Shown in pieces: positions 8,905-15,562 of a stretch of 41,704 bases of DNA. The notes under the pieces are model-generated. The model was not told where the DNA came from, did not search any database, and worked only from the letters and a program-made list of their open reading frames with translations. The DNA lies in the NCBI GenBank assembly GCA_046314695.1, contig JBKDBI010000306.1, positions 1 through 41,704 of the forward strand. The letters run 5' to 3'. Source of the DNA: Bacteroidota bacterium (GTDB taxonomy: Bacteria > Bacteroidota > Bacteroidia > NS11-12g > UBA955). Each line of letters starts with the position of its first letter. Position 1 is the first letter of the stretch. The position numbers and the translations under genes were made by a program.

Positions 8905-9474
8905 ATGTCATTCTCACCCCATGAAACTACGCTGCGTCGTGCGTTCGGCACGCCGACCTCGTATGGCACTGTCGCGTCTCCGGCCACAGGCCAGATCAGC
9001 GCGCAGGAAATCGGTGCCGAAGGTTCGTATCGCGGCATCCGTCTGAGCCTCACCAACGTCCCCATCGCCATCACCAACGCCAACGAATTTGGCTCGGCTG
9101 ACTTGTGGACGTTTGTTGCTGGCTCTCTCGACATCAGCAACGCATGTGTTGACTTGACGGTGCAGGCCAGCGCGGGCATCCCGCAGACGACCTCTGCACT
9201 GGCAATGTCGCTTGGTACCGCTGCCACGGCAGACACCACGCTGAGCGGCGCAGAAGCCAATGCGGTTGCGTCCACCACGCTCGCGGCCCTCGTCGCTGGC
9301 GCAGGCACGTTCCGCGCCGGTGCCAACACGTCCGTGAGCCGTATTGGCGGCATCACCGCCCAGACGCTGCGCCTCAACGCTGCGTTGACCGGCAACGTGA
9401 TGACCGCCGACGCGACGCTGACGGTGAGCGGCACCATCGACGTGTATTTCACGCTCGCACGCGCGTTCGCGTAA
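8905..9474 (+). CDS. Ala/Thr-rich virion protein (possible capsid decoration protein)
   Basis: 189 aa, beta-rich, directly after the capsid gene; AAGGA RBS. Confidence 0.6.
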   Translation: MSFSPHETTLRRAFGTPTSYGTVASPATGQISAQEIGAEGSYRGIRLSLTNVPIAITNANEFGSADLWTFVAGSLDISNACVDLTVQASAGIPQTTSALAMSLGTAATADTTLSGAEANAVASTTLAALVAGAGTFRAGANTSVSRIGGITAQTLRLNAALTGNVMTADATLTVSGTIDVYFTLARAFA

Positions 9475-9493
9475 TCAGTCCCCTTTCCCCCTC

Positions 9494-9530
9494 CTGCCCC
9501 GCATGTTGCGAAAGCCGTGCGGGGTGGTTT
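9494..9530 (+). terminator. GC-rich hairpin with short U tail
   Basis: ctgccccgcatg..gc-GAAA-gc..cgtgcggggtgg then TTT. Confidence 0.45.
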
Positions 9531-9851
9531 ATGTCTGACTTCTCGAAGGCGTACGAGGACATTCTCGCAAACTTGCACACGGAGGTAGGCGTTGCAGCCG
9601 GTGACGCTCGTAACCGGGCTGCTGAACTGGCACGAGCGATGGCGGCTGTGCCGCTGGAGCCAGACGAAAGCCAACGCAAGAAGATGGTCGCGAGCATCTA
9701 CGCCAGCGCGATGTTGGCTGCTGAAATCGTCGCCATCAAGAGTCGCAAGGCCAGTTACAAAGCGTTCGAGCGCGGTTTGCTCGTCGCTCTGGATGTGGGC
9801 CTTGCGGCACTCACGAAGATTCCTCTGCCGCCCACTTCCACGAGGGTGTGA
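9531..9851 (+). CDS. Hypothetical alpha-helical protein
   Basis: 106 aa ORF in the virion operon. Confidence 0.65.
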   Translation: MSDFSKAYEDILANLHTEVGVAAGDARNRAAELARAMAAVPLEPDESQRKKMVASIYASAMLAAEIVAIKSRKASYKAFERGLLVALDVGLAALTKIPLPPTSTRV

Positions 9852-9854
9852 TTC

Positions 9855-10130
9855 ATGGCATCCACGCCCATCTCCGGCTCGGTCAACATCAACTTTGGAC
9901 CAACACCACGCACAAGCGGTGTGTTCACCATCGCCATGCAGCCCAACACACGCATCATCATGCTGTCGCAGGCGGCTGGTCCGTATCCGGGCAAGGGCAC
10001 GCTTGCGGACGAAGCGGAAATGGACAGCGTGCAGGTGATGACCACCGTGGTTGGTCGCAACGTGACGTGTCACTGGACTTCCAGTGGTGCCGTCGTCGGC
10101 TCATTTCGCTTCAACTGGATAGCGGTGTAA
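9855..10130 (+). CDS. Hypothetical beta-rich virion protein
   Basis: 91 aa, tightly packed between neighbours. Confidence 0.65.
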   Translation: MASTPISGSVNINFGPTPRTSGVFTIAMQPNTRIIMLSQAAGPYPGKGTLADEAEMDSVQVMTTVVGRNVTCHWTSSGAVVGSFRFNWIAV

Positions 10131-10133
10131 CAC

Positions 10134-10775
10134 ATGGCAATCATCGAAAACGGTGCGACTTCCACGCAGGCCAAGGTGGAAGCTGGCAACACTCGCGCGA
10201 TAACAGTTGCGCGTGGCGATGCCTACGCCGTCAGCGCGGTTACAGGCACGGTGGGCGCAGCACTTATTGCCAACTCATCGGTGTTCGCCATGCGGCTTGA
10301 TCCGTCATCGGCTCGCCTCGCTTTCATTGAACGTATCCGCCTGCAATACACGACCACTGTGGCGTACACCACGCCGCTGACTGCTGGCCGTCGCTTGGCA
10401 CTGTTCCGTGGCTCGGGCGCGGCTCCTAGTGGTGGCACGGCCATCACTACTGCCGTCAACAAGTCAACCACGTCTCCGTTGTCCGAGTTCAACACCGCGC
10501 AAGGCGGCAACATGAATGTTGCTACCACGGGCGCGCTGACTGTCACGGGCATCACGTTTGAAGCAGACCCCATCCGCACGATGAGCCTCGTGCATGTGGG
10601 CAACGCGGGCAACTACGCGGAGATGCTGTGGGAGTTCCACGCCTCTGAGTGTGCCCCCGTCGTTCTCCAGCCCGGCCAGGTTCTCGCTATCCGCAATCCC
10701 GCAGCAATGGACGCTGCTGGTACGTGGCAACTTGTCGTCAACGTCGATTGGCATGAGGCTGTGGCCCTTGCCTGA
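10134..10775 (+). CDS. Putative beta-sandwich virion protein
   Basis: 213 aa, Ala/Thr/Gly-rich; PVVLQPGQVLAIRN C-terminal motif; resembles 14468..14944. Confidence 0.65.
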   Translation: MAIIENGATSTQAKVEAGNTRAITVARGDAYAVSAVTGTVGAALIANSSVFAMRLDPSSARLAFIERIRLQYTTTVAYTTPLTAGRRLALFRGSGAAPSGGTAITTAVNKSTTSPLSEFNTAQGGNMNVATTGALTVTGITFEADPIRTMSLVHVGNAGNYAEMLWEFHASECAPVVLQPGQVLAIRNPAAMDAAGTWQLVVNVDWHEAVALA

Positions 10776-10784
10776 AAGGAACAC

Positions 10785-10988
10785 ATGAACGCAACTCTGA
10801 AACCTCTGGTTGAATCCGCCATCCGCTATGCCCTCGCGGTGTGCGTTGGTTACTTCGGCATCAACATCGCGCAGGAGCAATCCAGCACGTTTGTTGCTGT
10901 TGCCGCCACTGTCGTCGTCGGCGTTGGTTCCGTGCTGTGGAGCAAGTACAGCGACAAGAAAGTTGTGGAACAGGCGGTGACCAAGTGA
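10785..10988 (+). CDS. Holin-like small membrane protein
   Basis: 67 aa, two hydrophobic segments, basic C-terminus (WSKYSDKK). Confidence 0.6.
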   Translation: MNATLKPLVESAIRYALAVCVGYFGINIAQEQSSTFVAVAATVVVGVGSVLWSKYSDKKVVEQAVTK

Positions 10989-11209
10989 AGAAGTCAGCCA
11001 TCATCTGCCTGCTCATGTGCCTGCCTCTGGGCGGGTGTGTTTCGGGTGCGGTCAGCGCGGCCAACATCAAGCCCGCCACCGAGAACATCCGCGCGCGTCA
11101 CGACGCATACGTCAACGCCGACCCCATGCTCTCGCAGGCTGCCAAAGAGCAGTACCTGCGTGAGTCGCGGTGGCTCGATGACGCACTCAGCGAGGCGGTG
11201 AAGCCGTGA
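10985..11209 (+). CDS. Lipoprotein (possible o-spanin-like)
   Basis: GTG overlapping the upstream stop; MKKSAIICLLMCLPLGG-C signal with lipobox. Confidence 0.6.
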   Translation: MKKSAIICLLMCLPLGGCVSGAVSAANIKPATENIRARHDAYVNADPMLSQAAKEQYLRESRWLDDALSEAVKP

Positions 11210-11517
11210 TGCTCTACCAACTCGCTTCTGCCGTTCCGAGCGGGTTGCACATCAGCGACGCTTCCACGCTGAACGTCGCTATCGGCTCCGCCGTCGCGGT
11301 CATTTCGTTTGCTGTGGCTGCGACGTGGTGGGTTGCCAAGACGCTTGGCAAGATCAACACGCAGATCAAGGACATGTCAGAGAAGTGGAACAACTCGTTC
11401 ACGCTTGAAAAGGCGAGCGAACAGGCCCTTCGCATGGCAATTGAGAACCCCGGCATGCGCGTGCCCGACCCACGCGACCCAACCAAGATCATCGAAGTGA
11501 AGCCCACTTCGCGATAG
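11206..11517 (+). CDS. Single-pass membrane protein (lysis-module candidate)
   Basis: Hydrophobic VAIGSAVAVISFAVAATWWVA followed by a coiled-coil-like stretch. Confidence 0.55.
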   Translation: MMLYQLASAVPSGLHISDASTLNVAIGSAVAVISFAVAATWWVAKTLGKINTQIKDMSEKWNNSFTLEKASEQALRMAIENPGMRVPDPRDPTKIIEVKPTSR

Positions 11518-11526
11518 GACAACTTC

Positions 11527-12867
11527 ATGTCATACCGACTTCAAGTGCCAACGTCGTACAACACGGCGGGGCTTCGTGCTGCGCTGGCATCGACCGCTTG
11601 TGATGTTCGCATGGGCATCGGCATCGACTCACGCACGGCACTGGATGCGTCCAACTGCCCCGTGTGGCATGGCATCATCCGCACTTGGGATGTGCCGTGG
11701 TCGGGCATCCTGTGCCGCGCGGCAAGCCTCGGCTCTGCGTTCTGGGCATCGGGTGGTTTCTCCAACACCAACTTCGCCGCCGCCCGCGCGATTCTCCGGC
11801 CTGACCAAGCCAACAGTGCGGCGATTGCTGACATTGCACCGACGCAGATTCTGGACTATCCGTTCAGCGGCGACGCTCCGACACTGAGCGCGTCTCCGTA
11901 CATGCAGCAGTTCCTGACGGGCTGGGGCAGCTCGGTGCGTGGCAACCCGTGGGCATCACAGCAGACCATCGCCCGCATCCCGTGGTATCGCCACGCTGGC
12001 GGTGTGACCACGGTTCGATTCCGGTCGTATCGCAAGACTGGAACTGACGCAAGCCCGACGTACAACAACGTCGCTACGCCGTCATCCGTGTCTATGGCGG
12101 GCGCGGACGGCTGGCAGTTCACTGACATGGACTGTGGTGCGGGAACCGACGACCCCGGTTGCGGCCTTATTGAAGGCGGCACGGCAGTTGTTGAGACTGG
12201 CACGCGCATGCTGGTCGGTCCCGTGTCGTACTACCGGGGCACGGCTGGCAATCGCACGACGGGATTCTGTCTCGCGCCGTGGGGCGTTGGTGGCTACTGC
12301 ACACTCGACGCAATCCGTCAGTGGGGTGGCGATGGCGCGAACGCCTACTGCACTACGGCGAACGCTGCATGGTTCTTGGCAAATGCGATGTTCGCGCCAA
12401 ACTACCAAATGCTGTGCGGCGCAGGCCAGAACTCGACTAGTCTGCTGACTGGCGCAGACCCGCAGGAACAGACACAACTCAACGCTGGCGACCAGACCAA
12501 CTACTACAACAACATCAAGTTGATTATCGACGCGATGAACGCCGCGTATGACGCTGCTGCACTTCCTCGCCCGACCTACATCCTTGTGAACGACTTCCGC
12601 ACGGGCTACACCGCGACTCACCACGAAACTCGCGGGCGCGCGCTGTATCGCATCGCACAAGAGATTGGCAGCATCTTCATCGACCTGTACCAGCTTGCGC
12701 TCAACTCGCCTGCAATCTGGACACCAGACAACATCCACCTGACCGGCCCGACTGTCACCAACTACTCGTTCACGGTTGGCAGCGGCGCGGACTACATGGC
12801 CGCGACCATGTGGAATGAAATCATGAACCCCAACCAGACCTTCCGCGTTCGCGGTCGATTCCGCTAA
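11527..12867 (+). CDS. SGNH/GDSL-hydrolase-like virion protein
   Basis: Blocks GIDSRT (I), GVGG (II), GQNS (III), PDNIHLT (DxxH, V), with a beta-rich insertion between blocks I and II. Confidence 0.65.
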   Translation: MSYRLQVPTSYNTAGLRAALASTACDVRMGIGIDSRTALDASNCPVWHGIIRTWDVPWSGILCRAASLGSAFWASGGFSNTNFAAARAILRPDQANSAAIADIAPTQILDYPFSGDAPTLSASPYMQQFLTGWGSSVRGNPWASQQTIARIPWYRHAGGVTTVRFRSYRKTGTDASPTYNNVATPSSVSMAGADGWQFTDMDCGAGTDDPGCGLIEGGTAVVETGTRMLVGPVSYYRGTAGNRTTGFCLAPWGVGGYCTLDAIRQWGGDGANAYCTTANAAWFLANAMFAPNYQMLCGAGQNSTSLLTGADPQEQTQLNAGDQTNYYNNIKLIIDAMNAAYDAAALPRPTYILVNDFRTGYTATHHETRGRALYRIAQEIGSIFIDLYQLALNSPAIWTPDNIHLTGPTVTNYSFTVGSGADYMAATMWNEIMNPNQTFRVRGRFR

Positions 12868-12876
12868 GGAGCATCC

Positions 12877-13425
12877 ATGTCATTCAACTTGTACTCGTCG
12901 GGCATGAACCGATTCGGCCCGTTCACGGCGACGGCGGCAACCATCACTGGGCCGCTGATTACTGCACCCACCGCCAGCAGCGTGCTGGTCCAGCTTGGCG
13001 GCAGCAAGCCCAACAACATCCGCTATCGCGGCGTGCAACTCCTGTTTGCCGCCAACGCCGACAACGCCACGGGCAACTTTGCCATCTGGGCGCGGCACAA
13101 CTTTGTGAACGCCCAGCAGGCTGACATCAGTGGCAACACCATCATCAGTCTCGGCACCGGCACATTCACGGCTGGCAACATCGTGTCGCCCGCAGCGGCC
13201 ACCGACTTTATTGCCGACACACTGACATTCACAGCCAGTGCGTTCTTGACGAACCTGCTGACGACGCTGGGTGCGGCTGCGCCGCTGGTTCACTCTCCCG
13301 CCGACAATACGCCCGCCGTGCTTCGCATCGAAGACCTCGGCAACTACGACATCTATGTGGACGTGTGGCGTGCTGGCGCGTCACCGGCAACTGACGTTGA
13401 AGTCTACGTGGAGACGAACACCTAA
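12877..13425 (+). CDS. Hypothetical Ala/Thr-rich virion protein
   Basis: 182 aa; TAAGGAG RBS. Confidence 0.65.
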   Translation: MSFNLYSSGMNRFGPFTATAATITGPLITAPTASSVLVQLGGSKPNNIRYRGVQLLFAANADNATGNFAIWARHNFVNAQQADISGNTIISLGTGTFTAGNIVSPAAATDFIADTLTFTASAFLTNLLTTLGAAAPLVHSPADNTPAVLRIEDLGNYDIYVDVWRAGASPATDVEVYVETNT

Positions 13426-14021
13426 TGGACATGCTCGACATGGTGCGTGATGTTCTCGAACTCGCCGAGAACACATCCTGCGCCGCACTCGATCCGGCAG
13501 GGGCACGGGGCCGCAGCAAGCAAGCTGTCGCCCAGAGCCACATCGAGCGTCGCGCGCGTGAAGTCCAGCAGACCTTCACCCTGTCGTGCAACATGTTCGA
13601 CGACGTGACGCTCACGCCCGACGTGAACGGCTACCTCGTCTTTGACGGCAGCACGCTCAGTGCAGAGCCGGGTGAGAACTGGCCCTTTGAGCGCATGTCG
13701 ATCATCGGCAACCGCGTCTACAACCACAAGGACAACACCTACGTGTTTCCCGAGGCCGTGACACTCAACGTGCGGCGAGCGTTCACGCCTGAGTGCTTGC
13801 CCAACCACGTCCAGTTGTTCGTCGTCGCCCGTGCAGCCCTTGCGATGTGCGATGCTGCCAAAGACCGTGCCCGCTACGCCCGCATTCTGGAGCGTGAACG
13901 CGAGGCACGCATCTCGATGCTCAACGAAGAAAACGCCTTGCAGCGCAATCGCATCCCCCAGAAGCGACGCACGCCCATGTGGCAAGACCGTGACTGGTAC
14001 ATTCAGCGGAGGACGACATGA
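13425..14021 (+). CDS. Tail tubular protein A (gp11-like), copy 1
   Basis: 198 aa; LDMVRDVL...AREVQ...VTLTPDVNGYL...GNRVYNHKDNTYVF...ECLPNHVQLFVVARAA matches the gp11 pattern. Confidence 0.8.
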   Translation: MDMLDMVRDVLELAENTSCAALDPAGARGRSKQAVAQSHIERRAREVQQTFTLSCNMFDDVTLTPDVNGYLVFDGSTLSAEPGENWPFERMSIIGNRVYNHKDNTYVFPEAVTLNVRRAFTPECLPNHVQLFVVARAALAMCDAAKDRARYARILEREREARISMLNEENALQRNRIPQKRRTPMWQDRDWYIQRRTT

Positions 14022-14443
14022 GTTGCGACCGCCGCGTGTTTGGCCTGACGGTCACCACCGCGCCGTATGTGCCTTTGTCGTGCTGCCCCGATGACACCGA
14101 TCCGGGCACGGACCCCGGCACAGACCCTGGCACTGATCCGGGAACTGGCCCCGGTGACGGCAACCCCGACACGAATCCTGGCACGATTGATCCTAGCGCG
14201 GGCGGCATTATTGTCGAAGGCGACAACATCCCCCAGCCCAACCCGCAACCTGACCCGCCGATTCGTACGCGGCGACGCATTCTGCTCAGTCGTCCCAACT
14301 TTGCACCCGTCCCCAGTTTCCGCAACAACTGGCGTTGGCGTAACCGCACTATCGGCGGTGTCACCAACCCCGGCAACACCGGCCCCATCAGCACGGGTGG
14401 CACGCTTACGCCCGGTGGCGGCATGACCGAAGAACCCCGCTGA
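14018..14443 (+). CDS. Pro/Gly/Asp/Thr-rich low-complexity protein
   Basis: 141 aa; ATGA overlap with the upstream gene; TDPG x4 repeat. Confidence 0.6.
   Translation: MSCDRRVFGLTVTTAPYVPLSCCPDDTDPGTDPGTDPGTDPGTGPGDGNPDTNPGTIDPSAGGIIVEGDNIPQPNPQPDPPIRTRRRILLSRPNFAPVPSFRNNWRWRNRTIGGVTNPGNTGPISTGGTLTPGGGMTEEPR
14095..14142 (+). repeat. 12-nt tandem coding repeat (TDPG x4)
   Basis: acc gat ccg ggc / acg gac ccc ggc / aca gac cct ggc / act gat ccg gga; differences fall at third codon positions. Confidence 0.85.
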
Positions 14444-14467
14444 CACAGCACAACCAAGGAATCACGT

Positions 14468-14944
14468 ATGCCTAGCGATTGGAAAACGTCTTTCGCCGAT
14501 GTCGCATTGGCGGCTGGCACCACGCCCAAAGTCTTCTTCAACATCACCGCCAATGCCAACTGTGACATCATCGTGCGCAAGCTCATGGTGGCGTTCGTGG
14601 ACGCAAACACGTCCAACGTCAACGTGCGTGTGCTTCGCGCGACCGGCACCGCATCGGGCGGCAGTGCAGCCACGTTCGTCAACGTGGACAGTGGCAGCAG
14701 CGAGACGGCGCGGTTCTCTGCGCTGCGAGCGACTGGCAGCAACATCTCCGGCCTCACAGCCAGCAGCGTCTACTCGGTGCGAAGCGTCGCCAGCAACTAC
14801 GGCGTGGACATCATCGCCGCCGACGAGGGCCTGAATCGCCCCGGCATCGTGCTGCGTGGTGGTGAAACGCTCATGCTCGAAATCACCGGCGCAACGTCGC
14901 ACACGGTTTCCGCCGCCTACGTCGAAGTGGCCGTCAGCCAGTAA
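14468..14944 (+). CDS. Putative beta-sandwich virion protein
   Basis: 158 aa; RVLRATGTASGG and PGIVLRGGETLMLEI; AAGGA RBS. Confidence 0.65.
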   Translation: MPSDWKTSFADVALAAGTTPKVFFNITANANCDIIVRKLMVAFVDANTSNVNVRVLRATGTASGGSAATFVNVDSGSSETARFSALRATGSNISGLTASSVYSVRSVASNYGVDIIAADEGLNRPGIVLRGGETLMLEITGATSHTVSAAYVEVAVSQ

Positions 14945-14953
14945 GGAGCATCC

Positions 14954-15559
14954 ATGTCTGTGATGACACGACTCGAAGGGGTCAACTGGATTCTCATGCG
15001 CTGCGCCAACTACAGCACAGCAGCCCTTGACTCCAGCGGCACATGGCCCAGCAAGACCTACAACCGCAGTGACGCGGGCGATGCCGAAGCCGTTCTGGAC
15101 ATGGCCTGCGATGAGGAAGTTGCTGGCGGACTCCCCTCGTGCAAGCGGTACAACGTGGAGTTCAATCTCGCAGCGGCTGGCACCATCAACCTTGGATCGA
15201 CAGCGGTGCAGGTGCAGGGCGTTGGCAAGCTCGCACGTCAGGACATTCGCCTGATTCCCAGCGGCGGCACGATGATTGCCACGGCAGACGGCAACAGCAC
15301 GTTCCAGCCGGGTCTCTACACGTTTGACGTGTGGGACCGCCGCTCGTTTGAAAACCTGCCGCGCAACGAGCAACTGCGTGTGCTGGCAACGGCCACGCGC
15401 CGGTATCAGCAGTTGAAGATGCCCGACAGCGTGGATGAACGCGGCATCGCGTATGACGCGGCGGTGGCATCAGCCATCACGCCCCCCAGTGTGCCCAACG
15501 CACCGGCGTATCCGGGCAGTCCCACCATCGCACCTCCGATGCCTCAGCGTCAGCAGTAA
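14954..15559 (+). CDS. Tail tubular protein A (gp11-like), copy 2
   Basis: 201 aa; MTRLEGVNWIL...DAGDAEAVLD...SFENLP...LATATRRYQ; directly upstream of tubular B. Confidence 0.75.
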   Translation: MSVMTRLEGVNWILMRCANYSTAALDSSGTWPSKTYNRSDAGDAEAVLDMACDEEVAGGLPSCKRYNVEFNLAAAGTINLGSTAVQVQGVGKLARQDIRLIPSGGTMIATADGNSTFQPGLYTFDVWDRRSFENLPRNEQLRVLATATRRYQQLKMPDSVDERGIAYDAAVASAITPPSVPNAPAYPGSPTIAPPMPQRQQ

Positions 15560-15562
15560 CTT

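Noticed and set aside
8800-8905. T7 10A/10B-type capsid frameshift
   Set aside because: No slippery sequence seen before the stop; a terminator hairpin and an independent RBS follow
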